DNA from: Methanocella sp.
GTDB lineage: Archaea; Thermoproteota; Bathyarchaeia; Bathyarchaeales; Bathycorpusculaceae
Reading direction: 5' to 3'
Assembly (NCBI GenBank): GCA_050261115.1
Contig: JBLNCY010000006.1
Span: forward strand, 54,599 to 118,598
DNA length: 64,000 nt
The position numbers and the translations under genes were made by a program. The notes beneath the pieces are model-generated. The model was not told where the DNA came from, did no database searches, and saw nothing but the letters and a program-made list of their open reading frames with translations. Positions 18,597 through 28,230 of the stretch are shown piece by piece (within the stretch, counting starts at the first letter, position 1; each line of letters opens with the position of its first letter).

Positions 18597-19037
18597 ATGA
18601 AGAAAACTATCATAATTGCAGCAGTTGCAGTTGTAGCAATCATAGTGATTGCAGGTGCATATTTAGGATATAGTGGATTAGTTGCCCCGCCGGAACCAAC
18701 TCCTACTCCAAGCCCTCCTCCTGAAGTCGCTACCCAAGAAGCAGTAAGAGATGCAGCAATGCAAAAGATTGCATCTGACCATTCAGATCTCAAGGACTTA
18801 ACAGAGAACCTACAATGGACGGGTGGAAGACAAGAAACAGGCGTGGTAGGCTCAGATACCTACATCTACATCGCTGGAAACTGGAACGTGACAATAACCA
18901 ATCCTGTTGTTCTAGATCCCGTCTACGCAATCAGCGCCATCTATACTGACACGGAAAGTGCCGTCACCATCGAATGGGAAGGCACATACCAAGATGAAGT
19001 CATAACAGAAACAGGCTTCAACTATGTGGTGCCATAA
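18597..19037 (+). CDS. Hypothetical N-terminally anchored extracellular protein
   Basis: MKK + hydrophobic helix, P/T linker, acidic beta-rich domain. Confidence 0.75.
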   Translation: MKKTIIIAAVAVVAIIVIAGAYLGYSGLVAPPEPTPTPSPPPEVATQEAVRDAAMQKIASDHSDLKDLTENLQWTGGRQETGVVGSDTYIYIAGNWNVTITNPVVLDPVYAISAIYTDTESAVTIEWEGTYQDEVITETGFNYVVP

Positions 19038-19075
19038 CTACCACTCTCTTTTTTCCTAACAAAAGCGTTGTTCAA

Positions 19076-20023
19076 TTAACTGCGTATACGGTTTTTTCTC
19101 TTTCTAAGCATAACAACCGCAATCAAAACAGCCATAACGGCAACTACAACCATAACTGCCCAAGATAAAGGAAACTCGGCTGGCGGTGCAGGCGGCTGGG
19201 CAGGGCTTTTGATAAGTGGAAACCGGTCGTAGTTTAGGACGTCGATTATGTAGGGTGCGTCGCCTATGCCGTCGCCGTCTGTGTCGGTGCCGTTATAGTC
19301 ACTCCAGTAGTTGCCTCGTCCATTGTAATCCCATGCGTGGGGTACCTCGCTAAAATTGTATACCTCGCATACGCAGCCGCTGAGTTGCATTTCGTTTTGG
19401 ACAAAGCTGTTTTGATTTATGATGATGTCTGCTGGGATGTTTAGGGCACTTCCGTTTATTTGTTCGAATCCAAAGAAGAGTCCCTGCCTGTTATTTGAAA
19501 GGTAATTAAAAGTGACGTTGTTATTGGAGCCGGATAGTAGCACACCAACGATGTTATCCGATGCCGAGTTGCCCCTTAAGGTGTTGTTTGTGGTTCGGAT
19601 ATAGGCGCCGATGCTAAACGAGTGTATGTTGAGGTTCTGGATGATTACTCCACTCACATAGTCTTCGAAGTCTATGCCGATAATGTAGGGCACAGTTATG
19701 GTTGCGTTGGGTCCTATGCCTAGGATTTGCTCGGTTTGCTTCTGTGACTCATTAAGGGGCCCTATGAGGGCGTATCCTGCGCCGTCGATTATGATGTTGC
19801 TTTTTTGGACAAGAATAGGGTCGTAGACGTCGCCTGTGAAGGTGTAGGTGTCTTGGTTACGTTGAATCGGCACATTCGCAGGTTGGATTGAGCCGTCGGG
19901 TCGAATGAAAATTGTTGTCCGCGCAGTCTGGGCAACACCCAAATCAAGAGAGGTAAAGATTAACAGGCACAGCATAACCAGCGCTACTGAATAGATTTTT
20001 CTGCAAAACAAGACTTTCCCCAT
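19076..20023 (-). CDS. NosD/parallel beta-helix surface protein with C-terminal TM anchor
   Basis: Signal peptide, N-rich repeats, GNYWSDYNGTDTDGDGIGDAPY, C-terminal TM plus basic tail. Confidence 0.85.
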   Translation of the reverse strand: MGKVLFCRKIYSVALVMLCLLIFTSLDLGVAQTARTTIFIRPDGSIQPANVPIQRNQDTYTFTGDVYDPILVQKSNIIIDGAGYALIGPLNESQKQTEQILGIGPNATITVPYIIGIDFEDYVSGVIIQNLNIHSFSIGAYIRTTNNTLRGNSASDNIVGVLLSGSNNNVTFNYLSNNRQGLFFGFEQINGSALNIPADIIINQNSFVQNEMQLSGCVCEVYNFSEVPHAWDYNGRGNYWSDYNGTDTDGDGIGDAPYIIDVLNYDRFPLIKSPAQPPAPPAEFPLSWAVMVVVAVMAVLIAVVMLRKRKNRIRS

Positions 20024-20154
20024 TAAGCTATGATGGTGGAAGTATTTGAATCGTCACTGCCTGCATAACACCTCAAATCGATGGCAGCAAGTAACCCCAA
20101 AAAGGCTACCTGCCAACCCACTGTAAGATGGTGACCAAGAAGGCATGCAATATC

Positions 20155-20913
20155 CTAATGTGCTTTTGAGGAATCCCAGAGGAACTGGAAGTATTCACGG
20201 GCAAACCCCACCAACCCCACATGATTACTCCAAATCACAAGCGACGGCTTATCCTCCCCTAAAAACAGCATAGCCTCTTTACCATCCGCGATTATACCGC
20301 CGCCGAACATATGGTCTCGGATGCGGATTTCGCCTAATGCGCTGACCCTTTTGATAAACGCCCAGTCCTCTGCTTTGCCTGCAGCCATAAACTTGATTTG
20401 GACACTCTTCTTAAGTCCGCTCCCATTGCCTAAAAGAGGCTCCGATAGGGCGATTACGGGTTTAGCGAATTCGGGTGCTGCCACTACGATTTCAACAGAA
20501 GCCTTCTTTAGCATATCCTCAAGCCTTGTTAGCACCGCCTGTTGCCCGCGTAGTATTATGATTTCGGGACGTTCAACTAGCTCTCGCTGTTCATAGAGGG
20601 GCTGGAGGGTCTGTGCTATGTGGCTCTCTAGGTTAGCGTATTTGTCTTCGAGGCGTAGTTTAGTTAGTCGGGTGGCTTCCAGGGGGGGCACGGGGTAGTA
20701 TTTGAAGGGGCGACTTTCGGTGCTTTTGATCCAGCCTTTCTCTTTGAGGCTGTTTAGGACTTCGTACATTTTGCTGTAGGGTACGTTGGCTTGTTCGCTG
20801 ACTTCCATTGCGGTCATTTGGCCGCCGTTTAAGAGTACAAGGTAGGAGTCGATTTCGTAAGTGTTTAAGCCCATCTCGCGCAGTGCCGCTCGGGTTTCGT
20901 CGTCAGCCACCAT
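20155..20913 (-). CDS. TrmB family transcriptional regulator
   Basis: GLNTYEIDSYLVLL, VPYSKMYEVLNSLKEKG, RPFKY; C-terminal PLD-like effector domain. Confidence 0.9.
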   Translation of the reverse strand: MVADDETRAALREMGLNTYEIDSYLVLLNGGQMTAMEVSEQANVPYSKMYEVLNSLKEKGWIKSTESRPFKYYPVPPLEATRLTKLRLEDKYANLESHIAQTLQPLYEQRELVERPEIIILRGQQAVLTRLEDMLKKASVEIVVAAPEFAKPVIALSEPLLGNGSGLKKSVQIKFMAAGKAEDWAFIKRVSALGEIRIRDHMFGGGIIADGKEAMLFLGEDKPSLVIWSNHVGLVGFAREYFQFLWDSSKAH

Positions 20914-21018
20914 TTTTCCCCTCAATCACCGTTGGAAACAGTTGGAAACATTATTATCGCAACGTCGCCTCTTAAGCTCTTCGAAAGTAACGCTCACACG
21001 CTAGAAGGCAAAAAAATA

Positions 21019-22509
21019 ATGAAGGATATCAAACAAACTCAAAGCCTCTGCCCCGAATGCCTAAAACCCCTAGATGCAACCATCTACGAGGATCAAGGCA
21101 AAGTTTTCATCAAAAAAACCTGCCCCGAACACGGAGCATACATTGAACTATACTGGTCAGACTACGAGCAATACGTCCGAGCCGAAAAATACCGCAATGA
21201 CGGCTCAGGTATGGAAAACCCCCGCACAGAGAAAAACAAGGGCTGCCCAGCTGACTGCGGCGTATGCCCCCAGCACAAAAGCCACACCGCATTGGCAATT
21301 ATCGATATAACCAACCGCTGTAACCTCAAATGCCCCGTATGCTTTGCCAACGCAAACTACGCAGGCTACGTCTATGAGCCTACCATGGAACAAGTCACAA
21401 GCATGCTCGAGAACCTCCGAGCAACCAAACCTGTCCCGGCCCAGGCGCTTCAGTTCAGCGGCGGCGAACCCACTATCAGAAAAGAACTCCCTGCCATGGT
21501 GCGGAAAGCCAAAGAACTCGGCTTTAACCACGTTGAAGTAAACACCAACGGCTTACGCGTAAGCCAAAGCGTAGACTTCTGCAGAGAACTAAGAGCGGCA
21601 GGCGTCAGCACCATTTACCTGCAGTTCGACGGGTTAACAAGCGACGTCTACAAGTACATCCGGGGCGTCGATTTGCTTGACATAAAACTCAAGGCAATCG
21701 AGAACCTTCGTGCCGCCGGATGGAACAGCGTTGTCCTCGTCGTCACACTTGTTAAAGGCGTTAATGACAGCCAACTTGGCGACATAATCAACTTTGCAGC
21801 CAAAAACAGTGACGTCGTCCGATGCATAAACGTTCAACCTGTCTCGTTATGTGGACGTCTACCGGCAGATGAACGCGAAAAGATGCGTATAACCATCCCC
21901 GACTTTATGCGTGAGGTAGAAAAACAGACCGAAGGCGTGATTAAACAAAGCGACTTCTACCCCGTTCCAGTGGTTGTTCCAGTCTCCAAGGCAGTCGGTG
22001 CCATTAAAGACAAACACTATGTCGAATTCTCCGCGCACCCCCACTGCGGCATGGCCACGTTTGTCTTCATAGAAGACGGCAAAATCACCCCCATCACTCG
22101 CTACGGAAACATTGACAAATTCGTCGCGACACTCCAAAGCGTCTACAACGACGCCGAAAAAGGCAACAAGAGCAAAGCTAAACTCCGCCTAGTTGGTGCA
22201 GGTCGCCACATCAAATTCGGTTTCCTCCGCAAATACGTGCTTAAGGTGTTGGTTAACGGCGACTACAAGTCTCTTGGGGACTTTGCCCGCTCCGCCGTGC
22301 TTATTTCGTCGATGCACTTCATGGATCCCTACAACTTTGATCTTGAACGCGTTCAGCGCTGTGTTATCCATTATGCGGTTCCTGACGGTAGGATCATACC
22401 CTTCTGTACTATGAACTCCATTCACCGCGCTGAGGTAGAAAAGAAACTAGGCATTCCTATCAAAGAATGGCAAAACAAACATAAGGTTGAAATAAGCGAA
22501 ACCGTCTAG
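21019..22509 (+). CDS. tes: Radical SAM tetraether lipid synthase (Tes/GDGT-MAS family)
   Basis: N-terminal CPEC...CPEHG, CPADCGVCPQH, CNLKCPVC, HPHCG, FMDPYNFDLERVQRCVIHY...PFC. Confidence 0.88.
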   Translation: MKDIKQTQSLCPECLKPLDATIYEDQGKVFIKKTCPEHGAYIELYWSDYEQYVRAEKYRNDGSGMENPRTEKNKGCPADCGVCPQHKSHTALAIIDITNRCNLKCPVCFANANYAGYVYEPTMEQVTSMLENLRATKPVPAQALQFSGGEPTIRKELPAMVRKAKELGFNHVEVNTNGLRVSQSVDFCRELRAAGVSTIYLQFDGLTSDVYKYIRGVDLLDIKLKAIENLRAAGWNSVVLVVTLVKGVNDSQLGDIINFAAKNSDVVRCINVQPVSLCGRLPADEREKMRITIPDFMREVEKQTEGVIKQSDFYPVPVVVPVSKAVGAIKDKHYVEFSAHPHCGMATFVFIEDGKITPITRYGNIDKFVATLQSVYNDAEKGNKSKAKLRLVGAGRHIKFGFLRKYVLKVLVNGDYKSLGDFARSAVLISSMHFMDPYNFDLERVQRCVIHYAVPDGRIIPFCTMNSIHRAEVEKKLGIPIKEWQNKHKVEISETV

Positions 22510-22543
22510 ATGCTGGAATTAAAATAATCGGCAAGGTGAAAAC

Positions 22544-22867
22544 ATGGGTGGAAAAAAGAAGCTTGGCTTAAAGCAGATGGAAAAGCAGCAAGACGATAAA
22601 GCAACAGTCGAAGCAAAGAAGAAGGAAGAAAAGAAAGGTCCGCCACAGAAGAAAACCACAATCGGTGTCATCGCTCCAGACGCAAAAGACCCCAAAATCG
22701 TCGCTGAAATCAGCAAACTCGGTGTCCTAACACCATATGCAGTTGCAACACGATACGGCATACGCATAAGCGTAGCAAAAGACTTCCTTGAGCAGCTTGA
22801 AGCCGTCGGCGCAGTCCAGACTGTATCTGGCAGCCACAACCTAAAGATCTACAAACCAGCAGCTTAA
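22544..22867 (+). CDS. rps25e: 30S ribosomal protein S25e
   Basis: Lys-rich N-terminus, TPYAVATRYGIRISVAKDFL wHTH. Confidence 0.85.
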   Translation: MGGKKKLGLKQMEKQQDDKATVEAKKKEEKKGPPQKKTTIGVIAPDAKDPKIVAEISKLGVLTPYAVATRYGIRISVAKDFLEQLEAVGAVQTVSGSHNLKIYKPAA

Positions 22868-22927
22868 ACCCTGCTCCCTAACTACTTTTATTCAACTTTA
22901 CCCTTTCTAATAACGGAGTGTACTATC

Positions 22928-23401
22928 TTGAGTTTCCCCGAAAAAGTATACACAGGCAAAGAGCTTAAAGAGGCACGGGCCCTAATAGAGCAAGGCTATA
23001 AGCATCAACTTAATGTTGAGGGCAAATCCGAGTTCACCCGAAAAGTCAAGGAAGCCATTGAACACATCAAAACTGCGGGCTACTACGATTACCTTACCAC
23101 ATATATCCGTAACATAACTGAAATCGACGGCATGACTCAGCTCCGTCAATCTGAAGTCGCCATATGGGCTAACAAATTCGCAGTAGACAACCCCGTGGAC
23201 GCCGCCAGCCTCTTTATCCAGAAAGCCTTTAGCATGCAAGAATACTTGGCGGGCAAACTCTACTATGGCGGTGCAGCAGAAAAACGCTCCATCGCAAAAC
23301 GCATAATGTTTCTAGAGGCACTAAAACAGAAAACCACAGACGCCAGTATAAAAGAGGAATGCGACCGACTACTCGGTCTATGGAACGATAGTTCCCTCTA
23401 A
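22928..23401 (+). CDS. Hypothetical protein
   Basis: Clean 157-aa ORF with host-like codon usage. Confidence 0.75.
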   Translation: MSFPEKVYTGKELKEARALIEQGYKHQLNVEGKSEFTRKVKEAIEHIKTAGYYDYLTTYIRNITEIDGMTQLRQSEVAIWANKFAVDNPVDAASLFIQKAFSMQEYLAGKLYYGGAAEKRSIAKRIMFLEALKQKTTDASIKEECDRLLGLWNDSSL

Positions 23402-23412
23402 CCCACTTGTAG

Positions 23413-23799
23413 TTAAGAGGTGGCTAATTCAACACGAATTTTAGAGCCACTTTTTACTTGCCTAAAAATCTCTAGGTTATTGGTTATTTTACCCAGAATG
23501 CTCACTGGGCTGTAGGGTTGGGATTTCCCGTAGAATATGCATATGGCGCTGCTCATGGGCCAGTAGCCGATGGTGCCTTCTTCGACGGTACGTTTGGCTT
23601 TTTCTTCACCCATCTTTAGGGAGATTTCAAAGTAGACTTCTTCCTGCCAGAGTGCCGCTCTGCCCTCAAGGGGAAGCTTACGCACTATAGCGTCGATGGT
23701 TCTTGGTGCAAGGAAACGCACTAATTCGCCTTCAGCTTCACCTAATCCTTCTATGACAAACTTTACTTTTATACGAGAGACGCCTTCATCGTTACTCAA
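23413..23799 (-). CDS. Cyclophilin-like fold protein (DUF369-like)
   Basis: APRT..LP, WQEEVYF, GTIGYWP..AICIFYG. Confidence 0.85.
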   Translation of the reverse strand: MSNDEGVSRIKVKFVIEGLGEAEGELVRFLAPRTIDAIVRKLPLEGRAALWQEEVYFEISLKMGEEKAKRTVEEGTIGYWPMSSAICIFYGKSQPYSPVSILGKITNNLEIFRQVKSGSKIRVELATS

Positions 23800-24014
23800 A
23801 CTTCATGCCCCTTTAGAAAGCCCCTTTTATGTTTGGAATCAAAAGGATTATTGTGAAAGTGTAATTTAACTATTACAGTCACTGCCTGGATGGTATGCAG
23901 CAGCTTAAGCGTTATACTGTTTACTGGTTTGAGTGTTTACTGGAATGGTGCTACACCGTTACAGTCACATATGCATATGACCACGTGGGGCGTTGCTATT
24001 TTTGGAGATAACTT

Positions 24015-24401
24015 ATGGAATCTGAATTAATCGGTGAATTCAAAGGAAAAAATACTGTGTATCGTGTGCTTCCTGATGGCGTGATGGAAGTCACAGGGCA
24101 GGGAACGGGCAAGATCCTTGGGATAGATGCCATAGTGGCGTCTACCAGCATCGGTATCATGGACAACGGCCTGTTTAGCGGAGAGGTCAATGCAGCCATA
24201 ACAACCATGCAGGGAGACACGCTTTTGATGAGAGCGATCGCCATCGGCTATCCTTCGGAGAATGGCGGAATTAGCCGAGCCGCATCAGTGCAGACTACCA
24301 GCGCTGGGAAACTTTTGCAGCTAAATAAAGCCCTGCTGCTGCATGAGTACCAGACGGACAGGTCTGACAACTGGACAGGCAGACTTTGGCAGTGGAAGTA
24401 G
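24015..24401 (+). CDS. Hypothetical beta-rich protein
   Basis: 128-aa ORF with GGAG SD-like sequence upstream. Confidence 0.7.
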   Translation: MESELIGEFKGKNTVYRVLPDGVMEVTGQGTGKILGIDAIVASTSIGIMDNGLFSGEVNAAITTMQGDTLLMRAIAIGYPSENGGISRAASVQTTSAGKLLQLNKALLLHEYQTDRSDNWTGRLWQWK

Positions 24402-25538
24402 TCACTCTACAGTCATCTCGATAGTGGTTTTATAGTCAGATACCACGCGGACCCCTTGGGCCTTAAACATGCAGTCTAACTCGGGGTCGCCCGTGTCAAC
24501 CCGCAGGCTCTTGAGTTTATCCAGCTTGCTCTTAGTCGAGATTACAATTATGTTTTCTAAACCGACTTGGCGGATGACTTTGCTGCTTATCTGTTGATTG
24601 CCTCTGCCAAAGATAAATCCTTGCCCACCGATAGGCGTCACGAGGATTTTTGCAGGTTTACCGCTTATCAGCTGGAGGATTTGTTTCTCGTTTACGTCTT
24701 TGGCAACAATTTTCTTGTTTAACACTAAATCTACGCCCAACAGCGTCTTTCTCTGGTCAAGCAGGTCTGTTACGGTGCGCATGGTTGTGCCTGGACCGAT
24801 AATGTAGTAGCTGTCTGGTTGCATCTCTTCGATAATATAGACGGCGATAGCTGCTAGATTCTCTAACTCGTTTTCTGACATGACGCTCTCTAACTTGCTA
24901 CCCTGTACTAGGTGCGGCTCAAAAGGGCTAAGCATGTACCCATACAGTTCAGCCGAGAGATGTCCCTCACGGAAGGCTTTCTCGTCGATATCCATAACCT
25001 CCGCTTCCCTTAGCGGAAGCCCATTCCACAGAAACTGAATCGCCAACCTAGCCGCCGCCTGAGGGCTCACTGCAAACAAAGCACTATGCATCTTTACCCC
25101 CGTGGGCACGCCAATAACTGGCACCTTCAGGTCTATGGCCCGTTGGATGTCGCGGGTTGTGCCGTCGCCGCCGCAGTAAACAAGCAGATCTACCCCTTCT
25201 TTGACTATGCCCTCGGCGATGAGCTTTGTGTCTTGTGAGGTAGTCTCTGTTTTTGTTTCGCCTACGACCTTGCAGGTGTAGCCTTGTCTTTTTGCTTCTT
25301 CTTCCCCCATCCATCCAGCGCCCACTATCAGTTTGAGCTGGGGTTTTGCGGGTTCTAATTCGCGAAGAAAAATTTCTGCCCTTTGTGTAGCGATGGGTTT
25401 AGCGCCCAGTCCAATTGCTTGTTGTAGGATTTGTTGGCCGTCTGTGCCTTTGAGTCCGACGGCTCCGCCCATGCCTGCGATTGGGTTTACTATGAAGCCG
25501 ATGGTTTTGGTCGGTATGGAGGGTTTGTGTGCTGTCAA
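24402..25538 (-). CDS. ATP-NAD kinase family protein (COG3199-like)
   Basis: VNPIAGMGGAVGLKGTDG, GGDGT, GVKMHS, GQGFIFGRGNQQ. Confidence 0.9.
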   Translation of the reverse strand: MTAHKPSIPTKTIGFIVNPIAGMGGAVGLKGTDGQQILQQAIGLGAKPIATQRAEIFLRELEPAKPQLKLIVGAGWMGEEEAKRQGYTCKVVGETKTETTSQDTKLIAEGIVKEGVDLLVYCGGDGTTRDIQRAIDLKVPVIGVPTGVKMHSALFAVSPQAAARLAIQFLWNGLPLREAEVMDIDEKAFREGHLSAELYGYMLSPFEPHLVQGSKLESVMSENELENLAAIAVYIIEEMQPDSYYIIGPGTTMRTVTDLLDQRKTLLGVDLVLNKKIVAKDVNEKQILQLISGKPAKILVTPIGGQGFIFGRGNQQISSKVIRQVGLENIIVISTKSKLDKLKSLRVDTGDPELDCMFKAQGVRVVSDYKTTIEMTVE

Positions 25539-25611
25539 AGGATTTTAACCTATAGAGTAGACTAGGTGGAAGCTTATAAAAGAAAAACCGCTGCAGAGGC
25601 CTACTTGGCAC

Positions 25612-26187
25612 TCAGACGGTTTGGTTGGGGTTTTGTCGGCGGCTAAGCCACCATACGACTGCGATTACCGCGGGGATAGCGAAGATAGTTGCTGCCCAGA
25701 GCAGGATAGTTACCATAGAGTCGACGACGTAGTCAAGGGTCCAGCTTGCGATGGGTTGATTCCAGTTTCCGTCGAGGTAGACTTTGATGGCAAACGCAAT
25801 GAAGAGCAGCGGTGAGATGGCTCCACCCGCACGGCGGCTTTTGGATTTTTTACCTGTGCCTAAGCCAGCTTTTTCTGCTTCAGGAACATATTTCCACCAC
25901 CGCCAGCCTGCTATGGCAGCTATGGCTACGGGGATGCCTACGGCGGCGAGTTCCCAAAGCACCAAGTATATCATGAATATGACCACGTGGTGCATGGACC
26001 AGAGGTTTAGTGTTTGAGGCACTAAACCGGTGGCTTGGGCTTCTGCAGTGAACCAAGTGAGGATATAGACTGCTGAGGCGGCGGCTGCGATGGCTACGGC
26101 TGTAAGAACCGCAAATACTATCCAGTGTCTACGTATGAAGCTTCTCCAGTTTGCTTCTACGTTCTGAGTTTGCATTGGTTGAGTCAT
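25612..26187 (-). CDS. Hypothetical membrane protein
   Basis: About 4 hydrophobic helices; probable start MTQPMQ. Confidence 0.7.
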   Translation of the reverse strand: MTQPMQTQNVEANWRSFIRRHWIVFAVLTAVAIAAAASAVYILTWFTAEAQATGLVPQTLNLWSMHHVVIFMIYLVLWELAAVGIPVAIAAIAGWRWWKYVPEAEKAGLGTGKKSKSRRAGGAISPLLFIAFAIKVYLDGNWNQPIASWTLDYVVDSMVTILLWAATIFAIPAVIAVVWWLSRRQNPNQTV

Positions 26188-26209
26188 GCTATAGCCTCTA
26201 TGTGATTGT

Positions 26210-26821
26210 TTATGGCTGGCTGGGTGGCTGTGTTTGGTAGCTGTAGCCGTTGTTGTTGGGGTATGGTTGGTATTCACGGGGCTTCATGGTGGAGAAACCG
26301 ACCGCCATAAAGATCCATGAGATCACTATCAAGATGACGCCGATGCCAATCACGGTTAAGATTGCGCCGATGAGCAGCAGAGTGCTTGCGGTGTTAAATG
26401 ATTGCTCACCTGTTTTCACTGCGAGGGTCTCGTATGCTTTTCTGAGGTTCAACGCTGCAAGCAGGTAGAAGGCGAACGCCACCACTAAGCCCGCAGCGAC
26501 TGCCAGGATGCCCCCAACTATGCCTGTTGCAAAGCTAAAGGGTGTGCCTGAGAATAACCCTGCCGCTGTGAAGCTGGCTATGCCTATGCCTGTGCCGACG
26601 GCGAGCGCGATTAAGGCGATGATGTAGTATTTGAGTCCAGTCAATGAGTTCTTGTATATGCTTTCGTCTTGGTAGTAGTAGGTGAGTTCTTTTGCTGCTT
26701 TTAGGAGCAGGACTACACCAACTATGGCCAGTACCCATCCTATGGTTGGAATTACACCAAGTAGGAGCAGGATCGAGCCTTCGATGGCCAAGTTTTTGCT
26801 GTATTGGAAGTTTACGTTCAT
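26210..26821 (-). CDS. DUF996-like membrane protein
   Basis: GSILLLLGVIP..GWVLAIVG, F.TA..LLIGAILTVI; probable start MNVNFQY. Confidence 0.75.
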   Translation of the reverse strand: MNVNFQYSKNLAIEGSILLLLGVIPTIGWVLAIVGVVLLLKAAKELTYYYQDESIYKNSLTGLKYYIIALIALAVGTGIGIASFTAAGLFSGTPFSFATGIVGGILAVAAGLVVAFAFYLLAALNLRKAYETLAVKTGEQSFNTASTLLLIGAILTVIGIGVILIVISWIFMAVGFSTMKPREYQPYPNNNGYSYQTQPPSQP

Positions 26822-26916
26822 TTGGTTTTTCCTCCGAGTTTTTCGGTGAATGCCATATAGTGACGTTCGGGATATAGCCCTAACATTTAGAATGGGGCGT
26901 CTGGGGTTTAGACGTG

Positions 26917-26937
26917 TGACTCTAAGGGTTAGAGTCA
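26917..26937. promoter_or_regulatory. Perfect inverted repeat (candidate operator)
   Basis: TGACTCTAA-GGG-TTAGAGTCA between divergent genes. Confidence 0.55.
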
Positions 26938-27038
26938 TAAACAGAAGACAAGTTAGCGACCAAAAAAAATTTATTTTTAGTTGTTTAGGGGGTTTAATTT
27001 ATTTGGAAGTGCTACAGATATGTGGCTGGGTTAAGCGG

Positions 27039-27509
27039 TTGGCTAAGTCACGTGGAATCAGCTCAGATATTCAGTCTCCAAGAACACGGTTACTCTACCT
27101 CATCTACTCTGCTCCCAACAGCCGCATAAAAGCCGCTCCCGGAACCAAATCAAACATCGCCCAAGCCATTGGCTACAAATCCGACGGACACTTCCACTAC
27201 GATTGGAACTACCTCATCAGCGCCGGCATGATCGAGGAAAAACAGGGCTACTACCAAGTCACCGAAACTGGCAAAAAAGAATTCGCACTATACTCGACCC
27301 AAGCGATGAGTAACTGGATTATGGTTGTTATGGGTGTTGCGATTGTGTCGTTTACGGTGGGTATCCGGTTTGGGTTTCTACCTGTGGAGATCGCCGCCGC
27401 GTTTGGGGTTGCCTTGATTTTGGTTGGCGCCAGTTTCTTGTTTGTAGGCGGCAAGACTAAGCCAAAGCTGTCTGAGGAAGCAAAAGCGCTACTAAAAGAA
27501 CTCAAATAA
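27039..27509 (+). CDS. wHTH protein with two C-terminal TM helices
   Basis: IAQAIGY...WNYLISAGMIEEKQGYYQVTETGK wHTH then two hydrophobic helices; TTG start inferred. Confidence 0.7.
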   Translation: MAKSRGISSDIQSPRTRLLYLIYSAPNSRIKAAPGTKSNIAQAIGYKSDGHFHYDWNYLISAGMIEEKQGYYQVTETGKKEFALYSTQAMSNWIMVVMGVAIVSFTVGIRFGFLPVEIAAAFGVALILVGASFLFVGGKTKPKLSEEAKALLKELK

Positions 27510-27661
27510 GTTATAGCAACATACCCCTCCTTGTTATAGTTGATCGCTAGCGAATATTATCGGTGCACTAATCGCACGACATTTGCGGTTGCCTGTATAG
27601 CGCTATTCTCTACTTGAAAAAGCGAAAAAGAACGCAGCGGTAGAAAAGATAGGCTAGGCGG

Positions 27662-28165
27662 TTATTGTTTGTCGTATTTTACGTATTCGTTGTTCATTAT
27701 GCAGAGTTCGATTCCTGCCTGCTTGAAAATCTCGATAGTGTCTTTGTCGGCGTGGTAGCGTTTCTCGCAGACAACCCGCTTGATGCCTGCGTTTACGATC
27801 ATCATGGCGCAGGTGCGGCACGGCGTCATCTTACAGTACAAAGTAGCGCCCTCAAGGGGGATGCCAAAACGCGCCGCCTGCAAAATCGCATTCTGCTCCG
27901 CATGAAGTGTGCGTACGCAGTGCTGGGTAATCTGGCCTTCTTCGTTAATCATTTTACGAAGGTCATGTCCCGCTTCGTCGCAGTGCGGTAATCCCGCGGG
28001 TGCGCCGACGTAGCCAGTGGTCATGATGCGTTTGTCTTTAACGATGACTGAGCCACATTTGCCGCGGTCACAAGTGGCTCTTGCAGCTACCGCTTCACAC
28101 ATGTCTAGGAAGTATCGGTCCCAGTTGGGTCGCGTTTTCTGGTTGTTGTTTTCCTCAATAGCCAT
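27662..28165 (-). CDS. dCMP deaminase family protein
   Basis: HAEQNA and PCRTC zinc motifs, RATCDR, TGYVGAP. Confidence 0.92.
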   Translation of the reverse strand: MAIEENNNQKTRPNWDRYFLDMCEAVAARATCDRGKCGSVIVKDKRIMTTGYVGAPAGLPHCDEAGHDLRKMINEEGQITQHCVRTLHAEQNAILQAARFGIPLEGATLYCKMTPCRTCAMMIVNAGIKRVVCEKRYHADKDTIEIFKQAGIELCIMNNEYVKYDKQ

Positions 28166-28230
28166 TTGGTACCCTCAAGGTTAGTAGACAGTCTGCCAAT
28201 CAACTTAATAAATTCTGCATCCTAGTTTTG

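Noticed and set aside
23918-23944. TGTTTACTGG direct repeat
   Set aside because: Only two copies, compatible with chance or a minor operator; no further support.
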